Shown here: positions 1-13,514 of the stretch, one piece after another
How positions within the stretch are numbered: the stretch's first letter is position 1
How the letters are laid out: each line of letters starts with the position of its first letter
Assembly: GCA_002633005.1 (NCBI GenBank)
Contig: NMRA01000415.1
Coordinates: 1 to 64,000 of the forward strand
Origin: Phoronis australis
Lineage: Eukaryota > Animalia > Phoronida
Direction of reading: 5' to 3'
DNA length: 64,000 nt
Notes under the pieces: generated by a model
What the model saw: only the letters and a program-made list of their open reading frames with translations
The model's database searches: none
What the model was told of the DNA's origin: nothing
Made by a program: the position numbers and the translations under genes

Positions 1-354
1 ACCTGGACCGACAAGTGAATTTAAAAGCCATGCTTCGTCATGTACGTGCAAAACATTTGAACATAATTATTGCTTTCAGAAAACCCCACCAATCCACGTG
101 TACCATTGTTTTGGCCTATATACGCGCACATGTATGAACGGTAAAAGTTAAGTTACCTGTAGCTGTACGTAAATTGCGAATCGGAGGAAGTGCACAAACA
201 GGGCGTAAGATTGGCACTGCGGGTTTTGAATGTTGACTCCACACTGAGGTTGATCCCAAAAAAACATTCTCATCTAAATTTTAAACTATTAAGGGGCCCC
301 AAACCCAGCTTTGTGAACCCCAATTTTCTTTACCTTTTACTTACAATTTGCTAG

Positions 355-449
355 ACAAACTTGAGCGCATATCTATATGAATTGTCGAAGTGGTCCTTGC
401 TGAAAGGGCAGACTTCAAAGACAACCCTGCGACTAAACATAGAAAACTG
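355..449 (+). pseudogene. ankyrin-repeat-like exon with a disabling lesion (..IVEVVLAERADFKDNPATKHRKL)
   Basis: Acceptor ttgctag|, donor CTG|gtaaga. IVEVVL..RAD resembles the ankyrin IVxLLxxGAD motif and ends in phase 0, compatible with exon X. It is 95 nt with TGA at 378-380 in the ankyrin-like frame; one extra A would give an open 96-nt exon. Confidence 0.45.
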
Positions 450-563
450 GTAAGAGTTCAAGCTACATTATATTTGATAACTCCGTGTGAATTGAAGCAA
501 TATGAGAATGGTTCGTTGCTCATTGATTTGCACGTTTACCTATCTTCGAATATCGACGAAAGT

Positions 564-862
564 CTTCGATTCATGTATAACTATTTCCAATTACTCATTT
601 GCAAACCTTCGATTCATGTATAACTATTTCCAATTACTCATTTGCAAACCTTCGATTCATGTGTAACTATTTCCAATTACTCATTTGCAAACCTTCGATT
701 CATGTATAACTATTTCCAATTACTCATTTGCAAACCTTCGATTCATGTTTAACTATTTCCAATTACTCATTTGCAAACCTTCGATTCATGTATAACTGTT
801 TCCAATTACTCATTTGCAAACCTTCGATTCATGTGTAACTATTTCCAATTACTCATTCGCAA
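564..862. repeat. 43-bp minisatellite, about 7 copies
   Basis: Unit cttcgattcatgtataactatttccaattactcatttgcaaac, head-to-tail with no spacers. Confidence 0.95.
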
Positions 863-2519
863 TCCTGAAACATTTTCAACTTGCATACACATAATTACAG
901 TGCAATGATTCGTTAACTGTAGAACAGTTCACCTGACGATGTTGTTATCGCCTAGCGAATGCTTACACTTCTGTAGCTTCGAATAGATTTCTACCAGCCG
1001 ACATGGACAGGAGTAAATTGGAAACATTTCCTTAGCGAGACTGACGGCTCTGTAACAAATTGGTAAACGATGACGTGTGTTAAAATTTATTGTTAAAGAA
1101 AAGTACTGAAAATATATCAGTCGTTAAATAATACTTTAAGGTAGATGATTGATTACTAGTACATGTGGAATATTTGTGCACTTTTCTTTGAACAAACAGA
1201 TTACATTACATTTTTTAAGATGTCGATTTTCTTCTTGCACTTTTCTGACCCAGGCAAATACATTTGTTTAGAAGTTGGTGGATATAATGATGCCCTTAAC
1301 TTTATTTGCTAAACTGCTAGCTCAACCAGTACTTGCAGATCTCAGCGGACATCTTGTCCCAATGCAAATGAGAGATCTGATTGAAAAATACCAGAATACG
1401 GCAAACAGTGGGCTCTGTGTGAGAACGCAGACTGTTCGTTTTTCTGTTAATCGAGTCTTCTGGGTCCCGAACAAACTGCAGTCGGTCTTCAAGACCTCCT
1501 GAGCTTTTAGTCAAACACCTTGTTAAAGGGACAATTCTCCCATATTCACCGCTTAGTTGGAAACTGACCCATAGAAATATACTTAAATGTAGTTCCATCC
1601 GTTTTAACAGTTGGGGAGACCCTCCTTAGCCAGTTTCAAATAATCTGTTGATGGATTTAGAAAACAATTCCTATGATCTGCAGGTGAAAACTATTCCACG
1701 GGTGTTCCACTATAAACTCTAGCTAGGACCCACTAACCTCATGTTGCAGATTGGCAAACAGGTGTTTTGTCAACTTGCATGAAACATTGCGAATTGGTGT
1801 GTGGAAGAAATTACTCGCACATAGGCGAGTTATTGCCACATTTGGGTATTGCTTGTTAGTCTATGACCCCGATTGGGGTCCAGAGGATCGTACACTGTTG
1901 CTAGAGTGTAAAGGCAATTCCACCATTTCCACCCGAGGTTATAGTCACTGCTTTGTATTATCTAACAATTTTGATCACTCGTACATTATACGAAGGGGAC
2001 TTGGACACTGACAAGTAGTGCTTCGATTTGTGCCGCAGTCAAAACTCAGACGGCACGTTGATATTCCCCACAATTCCTCTCAAACGTGTTAGATCCAAAA
2101 GTGGCCACAGACTTACTAAGTCCTACTTGGCAGTCTTTGGCCTCCAGTTTCTATTTCAATTCGAACACAAATATTTTGAGAATTTGAATAAAGTGTAAAG
2201 TATGCAAGAAAGGTAATAGGATGTTCAGAAATATCCCACGAAATATCCACTTACGCCTCTGGTTCGCTCGATACTTTTAAATCATTGGAAACAGCGGATT
2301 TTGAAGTTGATCATCACGATTTTGTAGTTCTTTAGCTATTTTTTAAAAATAAAATTCCTAGAAAACTTACCTCTCGCACTGTGGCCCATGGTTTCTAATC
2401 TCTAAATTCAGATACACTCCGATTGACACTCAAACTTTCTCGTTGTTTATCAGGCGAAAACCGAAGGTCAAGTTGGCGGGCATTACTGGCGTGAACTCGT
2501 TTTCGTAAAATCCTTTAAT

Positions 2520-2945
2520 TTCGAACGCGTAACTTGTGGGATGATCAACTCGAGTTGACGGCAATGTGTATACACTGTACTTGCGCTACTTTTGAATGCG
2601 CAACTTAAGGGATGGTCAACTCGAGTTGAAGGCAGTGAGTACACTTGCGCTAAATTCGAATGCACAACTTATGGGATGGTCAACTCGAGTTGAAGGCAAT
2701 GTGTATACTTGCGTTACTTTTGAATGCGCAACTTAAGGGATGGCCAACTCGAGTTGAAGGCAATGAGTAAACTTGCGCTAAATTCGAATGCACAACTTAT
2801 GGGATGGTCAACTCGAGTTGAAGCAATGTGTACATGTACACTTGCGCTTATTTCGAATGCGCAACTTATGGGATGGTCAACTCGAGTTGAAGGCAATGAG
2901 TACACTACCGCTAATTTCGAATGCTCAAATTATGGGATGGCCAAC
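2520..2945. repeat. about 64-bp tandem repeat (6-7 copies) with palindromic core TCAACTCGAGTTGA
   Basis: Cores at about 2545, 2616, 2680, 2744, 2808 and 2877. Confidence 0.92.
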
Positions 2946-3009
2946 GCCAAAACCTGAGTCGTTTTAATGAATTGCTGATGATTTTGATGTTTTTGTTGGC
3001 GACAACTTA

Positions 3010-3466
3010 TTAAGCGCGTTTTCGCATCACGCTGCTTTACACACCTCAAATACATGGTCCATATACTATTCTGGTCTTAAAGTAGCATATGTATTCGATT
3101 AAAGTAAAACAACGGAAATATTAGCTGACTAACTAAGATGATGACTTATGCAAGTTGTTTTGAAATTAAGCAGTTCGTGATCGTGTTATCAAAAATACGT
3201 GGCTCCCAAAATGAATATTTTGGAGGTTTGAACATTAATCGTATAAAGAATGGCGTAGTCATCTGCGCAAAAGATTTGTGAAAATCATGATCTGTGCAAA
3301 AAGGCGCACTTTTGCAGAAATAACTCAGCCACTGTTTTGAGGCGTGAATCCAATTTTTCATTTTTTGAAGAATCCAAAAACATTGCATTTTAAAGTTGAG
3401 AGTACAGTTAGAAAGTGATTTGATGGATCGAGAGTGGACTTCACCAGTGATGACAATTGCCCTTAA
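3010..3466. mobile_element. about 455-bp TTAA-flanked interspersed repeat (non-autonomous DNA transposon, Kolobok/piggyBac-like target site), copy A
   Basis: TTAA at both ends; homologous to 8863-9319, where the flanks are unrelated. Confidence 0.6.
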
Positions 3467-6400
3467 GAGCACGTCCACGAAAGGACCAGGAAAAAAGTGA
3501 TAAAGGCTATGCCACGGATTTCCTCGATTTTTGCATGATGGTAGGGGTTGATGTCCCAACCTTCATCATTACCAGCAATTCGTAAATTAAGTCATCCGCC
3601 AGGTTCTCTGCGTAAACTAGGTCATCGCTTATGGACCAGTTAGCGCTTCACTCAAATATATTCCGTTAAAAAAGAAAGACAAAACATACTTAGTACAGAT
3701 GTCTGGCCAATATCATGAGTCACTACTCGTAAACAAATCAAAGCTGTCCTTACTCGTTGCCTTATCTCGCACCTACCTCAATCATTGGACTAGTTTTCAG
3801 TTCTCAATGCAACAATACAAGTCTCTTAAATTGAACTTGTTAATGACCCTTTTCAATTTTAAGCCATGCCCGAAGTACTCGGAAAGACATTATTGTTAGG
3901 TACAACGAGGTTTTTTTTTCTGAAGTGAATCGTAAACACTTCTGGTACATAGCTACTTTGGTTTCGAGCTGAATTTTAGCTCCCATACTATGGGCCGGCC
4001 CGGTCAAGGGCCACTCCCTGTTGTTCGCGCTACTAAGAACTTCAAACTATTATATATAGAGAAAATTTTTATTAGTATACTGGTGTGAATATTATCAGTG
4101 ATTTAACCAAAAACTTCGAATTAACTAGACCCACTAATGATAGTCTATGATTATAAACTGTTATAAAAAGCCTAAAATTGGCAATTTTCGGCCACCCCAT
4201 GTTAAATACAAAATTGTGTCTAATTTTCTTCAAACTCCTACATTTCAATCTTGATTATACTGACATCTGTTGGGTCTATCGGCAACTAACCGCACATGAA
4301 AGGCTTGATCGAAAATTATCGTTTTCTCATATGCACTTTCGGGTTTTTAGCGGCGATTCCACTGATCGAAGCGACAAAATAAGCCAAAACTTTGGCCATA
4401 CCATGTTAAACATAAAATTTTTTCCAATTTTGCTGAAACTTGGCCACGTTTTTAACAAAATACTTATCTATGTTATGTGCTATCGGCAAATGTGATTGAT
4501 TCATAAATAAGACCCTCACGCTGTGTTTTCTGCGAATCCCATGTATCCTGAAGGGGGCTAACTGAGTGATTTTCGCACATGCGCAGTTCACGGTTTCAAT
4601 ATTGCTGGTAATGTATCCACATTAATTTTTTTACGTGCGCCACCTTGTGGTTGCTATGCGAACGTGTTGTTTTTCTGCCAATTCCAAGCCTCGTTACAGC
4701 TACATTTTGGCATTTTTTGCAAACTTACCTTGAGAACAATAGTGCAAACTGAAACACTTCGTGTTGATCACTGAATTAAGGTGTCTTTCAACTTGCCAGT
4801 CATAGAAAATATCACGGTTTCAGTTTCATCTTAGCTGTTTTTGAAGGCTACCAGTTTATCTAGTTCGTGGTGATTCCGAAATTTTTGAAAATTGCCCTAT
4901 TTCCTGCCTCAATATCTCAGCTGAAGCCAAATTTAAAACAACAAAACTAAAACCAGTGTTTAGATTGATCTTAGCCCTACAAAACAAAACCATGAAAAGT
5001 CTAAGCAATCACCCTTCTTCATACCGCATCGGGCTCTAGAAGTAGGGTACCTCACCAAAATTGTACAACTGGCCAATGTCTGCATAGTAACAAATGTACA
5101 TGTATGCGAGGATTCAAAATAGTTTTGAAATCTTAAAATAGGCGATCGGATCGAACATAACAAGAAAGCTTTAATTTTGTTACTTTACAGAAAAGGATTA
5201 GAAGCACAACGAGGCACGTTATTTTCTTTGACCCTGACGATAACGCTGCCAATAACATATGCATATACTCACCGTTTCAAAATGCATTATGGTTGAGTAA
5301 AAAATCTATAAAGTAAGTCCAGTTATACATAAATGCGAGCTCGAATTCTGAAATTTCAATGTGTGGGTCTGGATGAAATTTAGTTTTCTAATTTTCTCGA
5401 AGTCGGTTGATCGTGTCCCAACGCATCTCAGTTCAACGAATTTTATAAAAAACAACAATAGGTGTATCGGGCCGGAAGGAGACATGTGCGTCAAATACAG
5501 TGTATATCACGAAACCCGAACAAATCAGACAACAAAGTAGTTAGTCATAAAAAAGAGATATATTGAAATGCTATGGGATAGACGCCGTGAAATGAGGTTA
5601 GAAAAACTGATCTTATAAGTACAATCGACTGCCTGCGAAATTGGCGTTGTTGAATAACTTTTCTTACGCTTGTCTTTCGGGAAAGTCCCCGAACAGCACA
5701 CGCTCAGATGTGCTTATGGATGTCTGAATATTCTCGCATTATGGATACCAATGTTTTTTTAGTTTTTACCCACAACGCGTATTTGCGGAAGGTTCGTAGA
5801 CATTTTCATAAAAAACACAGGAAACCGAGTGTTTCACACGCAAGATAGCAGAAAAATCAGTTCAGATATTTTTTGCATCTATCACAGTTTAAATTGCGGA
5901 TTTCAGGATTAGGCCAAGGGGGCCATGCCCCCCTAAAATTCACCCAGATACCATTTGTCAGTTCGGGGTGCGAATTGCTGACTAGCATATGCGCGTACTC
6001 TGTTCAATCACGTGACTACATCACATCAAGGGAAGTTTTCAAAGGAAAATCTCTGAAGGTTTTAGTCACGATTGCTATAAGATGACGAATATTTAGCAAT
6101 CAATTATCCATGTGTTGTAACCTCGTGGCTTAATTTCAAACCTATCACACTGTGTGTGTTCCATAGTCGGATTTATAATTCTATGATGTTGTAATGTAGG
6201 GCCTGACTGAGGTAATGTCCAACCCGTCGAAACACATTGTCAAGTAATTTTTACGGTGATAAGCACAACACCGTAACCGTATTAAAAGAGCCGTGATATT
6301 TTTTGATCCACAGTGCATGTAAATCCAAAGTCTCCGTGGTCTTTAAACTGTGTGTACACTGAACCTGGTTTGTTTATGATTGCTGTGTGGATTTAGTTGT

Positions 6401-7344
6401 TGGAAACACAGTAACGTGTTTTTTTACCTGTCATCAACTTCATTTGTCTCAAAGCTGAGGTATCGTGTTTTATATCGTTGATATATATAGATTATTACAT
6501 GGCGAAGTCGTTATCCCCCGTCATCTAGAGCCCGAGTGGCTTTTAGAGAATTATCGCCCGAGGGATCGGATACACTAGTGCAAGGTTTACTTATCGAACT
6601 TTTTGCCAATCTGAGGTAGGCCAATGTTACCCTATAACATGATCGAACAAAATTACATAGACATTACGTATGTGGATTTAGGGGGCCCGCCCCCCCCCTT
6701 GGCTGCCGTAAAAAATAAAACAGCAAGAGCGTTCGGAAATGTAAAGTTGATTAATTAACCCCGGTAATTAACATTATACGGCGGAAACAAGATTTTAATG
6801 TGTGCAGTTTTAGTGTGTTTGGGGAGTGGGCTCAGATTCAATTTCAACTGTCAAATTCGGAACACGGCTCAATCGTAACGAAACTATGTCTAAGTATATT
6901 CTCTCCCGCGATATCCCCTGGCGACCGCCAATGGTGTGGCGCACTACGACTCCGTTTCCGTCGTCTGCTTCACTGTGCAATGAAGAAAATTACTTCATTT
7001 TTTTAAAGAAAATGGAATCTGAGTAACGATGAAAAAACACAAGCTGGTGTTAAGATGTGAATTGTAATCGAAGCCTCAGTGAATCACTTAGAAACTCATA
7101 ATTATCTCTTTGACAAACCTTAACTTAAGATGATTTCCAAAGCAGTTGCGTCATTAAAGCCAACACAAAAAACGGATTTGGTCTTTTGGTCAATTGAAGA
7201 CTAATTTAAATACAACAAATTTGTTACGAACTGATTCCACAAAGTATAAAAAGGTAATAAGCATTACAAAAAGAAGTAGGTTTCGGGCGTCAACGTTGTG
7301 GACCATAAACAGGTAGGTCTCTTATAATCAACTTTTACGTGAAG

Positions 7345-7405
7345 TCGTGGTGTAGTGGCAAAGTGCGCTCGCTCTTTCCGCCAGATCGTGAGTTCGAGTC
7401 TGTGA
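7345..7405 (+). other. tRNA-derived (SINE-head-like) Pol III A/B box relic
   Basis: TGGTGTAGTGG (A box) and GTTCGAGTC (B box) at tRNA-like spacing; no complete cloverleaf. Confidence 0.4.
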
Positions 7406-7893
7406 TATTAGTAGTATTTCTTCCTTTTTCTTTGCCTTTTTTTCTTGGATAATATTTCAGGAATCAAGGAAAATGCTAGATTTTTAGAGGAAAAAACAGA
7501 AAAATTTTCCTGGGCGGGAGGGGGTTCGCCTCCCTGCTGACCTCCCCCCTTTTGTTGCTTCGCGCCTCTGATCGTGCTCTGCACAAATGTTTTCGGACAA
7601 CATATTGGGCTCCCCTAATGATATCCTTGATCCGCCACTGCATTATGATGTGGACCTAAAATGGCGATTGTAGTAGGTAAAGGTTGAACACTCGTCCGCT
7701 TAACGCCTGGAATATGATGCAAAACATTTGGACACATGTGAAACCCTGGACACAGAACCCGAACTCCATATAACGAGACACATAGAACCCGGGACAAAAA
7801 GAACCCGGGATGAAGAGCTACGCTCCAAAATGGCCTGGAGATAAAATATAATTGATGTGACTGTTTATGAATTGTCTCAAAGACCAGGTGCTG

Positions 7894-8100
7894 TGATGTG
7901 TATATTTATGCGTGTGTGAATGTGGACGGTAGTATGTGATTCATTAAAGATAGTCTGACTCTGATGTGTATATTTATGCGTGTGTGAATGTGGACGGTAG
8001 TATGCGATTCATTAAAGATAGTCTGACTCTGATGTGTATATTTATGCGTGTGTGAATGTGGACGGTAGTATGCGATTCATTAAAGATAGTCTGCCTCTGA
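7894..8100. repeat. 68-bp tandem repeat x3
   Basis: gatgtgtatatttatgcg... at 7895, 7963 and 8031. Confidence 0.95.
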
Positions 8101-8565
8101 TTAAACATGTTGTAATAAGATAAATTGTTTTAATGATTTACGACGCAGATTCACTATTGAGACTCTCACTACATTAAATCCGTGAATTAGGTTTACCTAT
8201 CCGAATTAAATCTACCTTTTTGCAAATAGGTGTACACGTTGACTGTATTAGGGAGCTGTATAAAGAGTAAAAAAACAATATTGCCCGCATCTGCGGCTTT
8301 TTGAAAAGTTATTCTCAAAGCCTGGAAATGCTATGACCAATGAAATGCCAACTTGTCAAGATGGGGGTGACAATCCTAATGTATCGAATATCAGAACCGT
8401 TATATTTTAAGTGTAGATGAAATATTATTATTCAGTGATGGAAGTGACAATCATAATTTATCGAATATACACACTCAACTTGCACAAAAATCAAGTTCAG
8501 TTAGACAGAGTATTCATGTTTTTAATGTTTTTTTGTATTCAAAAGACAGCAGAGAGCGCCACGGC

Positions 8566-8680
8566 ATCTTCAGACAATGTTTCCTATTGGTTAACAAATC
8601 CATGCGATCTTCAGACAATGTTTCCTATTGGTTAACAAATCCATGAGATCTTCAGACAATGTTTCCTATTGGTTAACAAG
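8566..8680. repeat. 41-bp tandem repeat x about 3
   Basis: atcttcagacaatgtttcctattggttaacaa at 8566, 8607 and 8648. Confidence 0.92.
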
Positions 8681-8862
8681 TATATCGTAAATCTGCATCT
8701 TCTTCTTTTATGAACAGGAGGAAAACGGAAATATTTCGTGATTTAAATTTAATTTCAAAGTTGGACGAGGTTGACAGAAATGTGACAGTTGCTTCTGAAC
8801 TGCATTTGTATTTCAAAGTATCGCGGTTCAATTTCTGAATTATTCACTATTAATACATGCTA

Positions 8863-9319
8863 TTAAGCGCGTTGGCAAATCACCCTGCTTTGCACACCTC
8901 AACTGCATGGTCCATATACTATTCTGGTCTTAAAGTAGTATAAGTATTCGATTAAAGTAAAACCGCGGAAATACTAGCTGACTATCTAAGATGATGGTCT
9001 ATGCAAGTTGTTTTGAAATTAAATGGTTTACTATCATGTTATCTAAAATAATGTAGTAGCCTAAATGAATATTTTTGAGGTCTTAATATAGGTCACATAA
9101 AGAATGACGTAGTCATCTGCACATAAGTTTTATGAAAATCATGATCAGTGCAAAATGGCAAACTTTTGCGGAAATAGCTGAGCCACGGTTTTGAGACGTC
9201 ACTCAATTTTTTCATTTTTTAAGATTCCAAAAACATTGCATTTTAGGTTTGACATTGCAGTTAAAAAGGGATTTGATGGAAGGGAAGTAGACTTCACCAG
9301 TGTTGACATTTGCCCTTAA
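8863..9319. mobile_element. TTAA-flanked interspersed repeat, copy B
   Basis: Diverged direct copy of 3010-3466; homology stops at TTAA on both sides. Confidence 0.6.
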
Positions 9320-9596
9320 GTTGACTAGGATGATTTTTTGACTCCACGTACCTACATGCAAGTGGTGAGAGTGGTTGTACAAAGTCGCTATTCTCCATAC
9401 TATAGGAAAAAGCCCATTCCAGTTAAATCAAAACGTAAAACTTGTTTATCTTATCTCACATGTCATAATTGCTTGGGTTCAACAATTCTATCGCCATGTT
9501 TTCCTCTTGCTGTGTCCCATCAAGCAGTTATTTTTTCTATTTTACTCCTGTTTTAGCAGTAGCCCATCACAAATATAAGTGTGTCTATGTTTACAG

Positions 9597-9680
9597 GACA
9601 ATAAAACTGCTTTCGACGTTTGCGGGGAACGCTGTAGTAATGACAACTATGATGTCGAGAGAACGAAGACTATCCTTAAG
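9597..9680 (+). CDS. repeat exon type X, copy 1 (DNKTAFDVCGERCSNDNYDVERTKTILK), ankyrin C-cap-like
   Basis: tttacag|...AAG|gtaccc; 84 nt, open, phase 0-0; xTAxDxx motif. Confidence 0.6.
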
Positions 9681-9710
9681 GTACCCAATAAATGACAGTG
9701 GGTCAGACAG

Positions 9711-10110
9711 GTGTTAATACTGTGCAATGGTAACGATAGACTATTGTCATCTGGTCATACATTCATGAGGTGGAGCCACCTGTTTGTCACGTGTTAATAC
9801 TGTGCAATGGTAACGATAGACTATTATCATCTGGTCATACATTCATGAGGTGGAGCCACCTGTTTGACACGTGTTAATAGTGTGCAATGGTAACGATAGA
9901 CTATTATCATCTGGTCATACATTCATGAGGTGGAGCCACCTGTTTGTCACGTGTTAATATTGTGCAATGGTAACGATAGACTATTATCATCTGGTCTTAC
10001 ATTCATGAGGTGGAGCCACCTGTTTGTCACATGTTAATACTGTGCAGTGGTAACGATAGACTATTATCTTCTGGTCATACATTCATGAGGTGGAGCCACC
10101 TGTTTGTCAA
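9711..10110. repeat. 80-bp minisatellite x5 in the X-Y intron
   Basis: gtgttaatactgtgcaatggtaacgatagact... with period 80. Confidence 0.95.
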
Positions 10111-10458
10111 CAGCTACAATGAACCTCAATCAACTCGTGTTCAGTCCAATCATCAATTTTTGACTAGGACCACATTCGACGTATTTGATTTCTGACTTTG
10201 CCTAGAGCTGATGTTTTGTTAATCAACGAGACCACTTTCGGCCTTCAAAAAATATCGCGTCTTGACATGCCAGCTTGTAGTGCCTGGTCCCAAACCAACG
10301 ACTGTCAGCATTATTCTGAAGCCCTGAACTGATCGTCATCTAGACTAAGAAACAGTTTGCGCCCCAATATTAGTCACTACTGAAATTTTATTTATTTTGG
10401 TTTGCACGTTATACTATCAAGACAGTCTGATTAAAAGATATTCGAAACTCACTTCCAG

Positions 10459-10670
10459 AAACACATGAAACTGCAACAGGAACGACAAAGGCAAGGCTGT
10501 GCTTTTGAAGTTCGACATCCTGCCACGGAAGGAGCGACCTCGGGTTCACCTGACCAAACTTTAGTAGCAAATGCTGGTCCGACTGATGAACAGGTTGGTA
10601 CAGTATTCGACAGTTTTACGAAATCAAAAGGGAAAACCACCCCGTAGGCCGAGGAGGACGGCATCCTGGA
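10459..10670 (+). pseudogene. repeat exon type Y, damaged 3' end (stop at 10645-10647, donor mutated to ataagt); possible short form 10459-10593
   Basis: cttccag|AAA CAC ATG... homologous to the other Y copies; internal CAG|gttggt at 10593. Confidence 0.55.
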
Positions 10671-10799
10671 ATAAGTGATGTTCCGTCTGCAGCCATATCA
10701 ACAATAATGCAGTAGATTACAAAAATAACGTATCTGCATAGTCTCATCTGTTACATGTAATAACAAATGGCATTTCGCATTTCATGTTCAAAAATGTCT

Positions 10800-12720
10800 G
10801 CTCCTCCCAACTGACACAATTTCTCATGCCGTGCTAAATAAAATAATCTTAAACAGTAAAAGCGTCACACCCTCCTCAACAGGTGATATTTCGTTCAATC
10901 AAAGTATGTTGGTAGATGTAGCAGATGTTTCAATACCTGTTATCACAATGTCAGCCAATATTTGATGATTAAGGAGAATCTTAATGTTACGTCATGTTTC
11001 TTCCAAACCTCCTATGAAAACCAACAATATTTCAGGTATAAAACTGTTAAGCTGTTATTTTCTATTTCACACTCCAGCTTGTTTTGGGTAATTCTAGTCA
11101 AAGCAATTCTTTCACTTGCTTTCATGGAATATTGTCGACTTTGGGATGTTTTTCTTACGAGACATCAGTCTATTTTTCTGTGTTACACCTAACCCGTGGT
11201 TATTGAGGATATTCCCCTGACAATACTCACATAAAACATTCAATTTTTTCTGCAGTCCCTAACCACTATTGGAAAGTGAGCTAATCGTCAGCAAATGCAA
11301 TAAATCAGCTGATCCCATGCAAATTTCCTCACCGCGTCCAGATTTTAATTCTTGCACTAAATCACTTATAAATAATGCAAAATAAACAGAAACGGTGATA
11401 GCTGAGAGCCTTGTCTTAGACCATTCTGACAGTGAAAGAACAGCGTATAGCTCCCATTATCCAATCTCACGCACGCTTTTACTTCCGCGTAAATTGTTTT
11501 GATTATCCTATACATCTCACCTACTATGTGATTGTTCTTTATTTTCAAACATAATACACGTCTATAGATACTATCAAAAGCTGCTTTAAAATCCACAAGC
11601 ACAACAGAATCTACCATTCTCTCGTGACAAGTATTTAATTATCAATGTATATCACTCAAATATGTGATCCACTGTACTGTACATGTACTCTTTCCTAGAC
11701 CCAGATTGAGGCATAGCAATAACGTTTTCTCTTTCACACTACTTATGAAGCCGTTGGCATAATTTTTCTCGAAACTTTTGGCTGTGATTTGCACGATCGA
11801 AATTGTTCTGAAATTTCCAGGGAGATTGGCCCCTCCCTAAAATATTAGTACTGTATTAAATTTTATCTATTCGTTTGGAAACAGTCCATTTTAAAAAAAA
11901 ACAGTTATATAGATGAAACAGCAAGTACCAACTGTTTATCACCCTACTTGTAAAACTCAATGACAATTTTATCACATCATGTCGAACATCCGCGATAAAT
12001 ACTATTGATGGTTTGTATAATTTCATTGTTTGTGATGTCAGCGTCCAGCTCCATGTCATTAATAATGACATTACCTGAATTTTCACTTAACGAATATCAT
12101 TCAGTGAACTTTGGATTAGCAACGAAATAACGGCCCTCAAACAGAGCTGACATAAGTAATCCATTCGCCGGTTTAATGTTGTTTTTTACGGATTTCTTCT
12201 TAATATTAAAAGTGCGTCAGAATTTTTACTGTCTTTAGTCTCCACAGCTGACTTTAAGTTTATGTGGTGTTTCCTGTTACACTCTAACCGTATCACTTTT
12301 TAATTTTCCATAATTCCTTCTAGCATATACATATATAATTTAGCTAAAGCTTCCTCTCAGTATTCCAACACTGAATCTAAAATTACTTCATTTTTGCCTA
12401 ACAACAGCTCTCATTTACCTACATTCAGCGTCAAATCATTCGTGGAAACAAAGTGGAATATGCAAAATGTTTACTTTGGGTTTAAACATGTCGGCTACAC
12501 ACGATTCAAAGGTTTCTGTTAAATTTTCCACACGTGAATCTGTGACTGATCAACTTCCGGTCTCGTCCATTTTTTTGCGTACCTCAAACACATTTTTTCA
12601 TCCCATTTATAAACATTTTCAATCTGTTCATCTCGAGCCCAGTGGTTTCGCTGCGTCTTACTCATTCTAAAAACAATCATTAACAAAGTCTACATCCTCT
12701 GTGTAGTATTTTTATCTCAT
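10800..12720 (-). mobile_element. decayed non-LTR retrotransposon (LINE) reverse transcriptase fragment
   Basis: Minus-strand motifs in RT order: PGNFRTISI, PQSGSRK..STVDHIF, VDFKAAFDSI, GLRQGSQLSPFLF, AFADD, broken by stops and frameshifts. Ends are approximate. Confidence 0.88.
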
Positions 12721-13188
12721 TTCGTTGACAAAATTCTAATAAAAATGGTTACGATCCATATTAATACTATACAATGCTAACGATAGAATACGATCATATG
12801 GCCATTTTTTATGAACTGGCGCCACCTGTGTGTCGATTGATCCCCTTGAGCATCCACAACCTAGATCTCAGTGCAGGAAGCGAACTTTTGGATTGGATCA
12901 CGTTCCACGTATTTGTGAATGCGGAACGATTGCAGACTCCGGAAAGAATTGATCTTTTGTTATTCAACGAGGCCACGATCATAAAATAAATAACACCTCG
13001 TGACAAGTAAGCTTGTGGAGTGTGGTCTTAATGCAACAGCTGTCAGTTCTTCTGAAGCCCGGAAGTGATCATGAAATCGACTAATTTACACTTTACGCCC
13101 ACACCTGGCTCGCTGCTGAATTTAAACGTAATTTGATTTGCACGTTCTATTCTACGGACAGTGCAAACTAAAAGAAACTTATTCTCAG

Positions 13189-13395
13189 AAACGCATGGAA
13201 CTTGAACGAAAAAGGCAGGACTGTGCTGTTGAAGTTCCACTACGTGCCTTGGAAGGGGCAACCGCTGATTCATCCGACCAAGCTTTGCAAGCGAGTGCTG
13301 GTCCGGCTGAAGAACAAGTTGGAAGAGTACTCGAAAGTTTTAGCAATTCAAAAAGCAATATCAACACAGATGTTGAAGTGCACGACAAAGTAGAA
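13189..13395 (+). CDS. repeat exon type Y (KRMELERKRQDC...EVHDKVE), 69 aa
   Basis: ttctcag|...GAA|gtaagt; 207 nt, open, phase 0-0. Confidence 0.7.
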
Positions 13396-13514
13396 GTAAG
13401 TGAAATTCCCTAAAAGACGACGAGTTTGTTTTTACTTGGCCAAATAACTTTCGCTAAGCATGTTGCTTTGCCATCAATGTTGATTTCATGGTGCTTTGAC
13501 ACTATTTTTTGTTC

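Noticed and set aside
564-862. 43-bp repeats (and the 46-, 64- and 80-bp arrays) as a CRISPR array
   Set aside because: Units are head-to-tail with no unique spacers, there are no cas genes, and the context is eukaryotic.
1250-2200. Duplicated short ORFs (also 16970-17900) as a gene or a decayed KDZ/HMGXB3-like transposase on the minus strand
   Set aside because: All frames are interrupted and the resemblance is too faint to support by eye; ORF conservation is explained by recent duplication.
7345-7405. tRNA gene
   Set aside because: A and B boxes are present but no acceptor or anticodon stems can be formed; kept only as a SINE-like relic.
5890-7640. A single hAT-like MITE ending in gatccgccactg
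   Set aside because: The right end is recognisable, but two degenerate left-end candidates (about 5895 and about 6670) and no clean TSD prevent a supported call.
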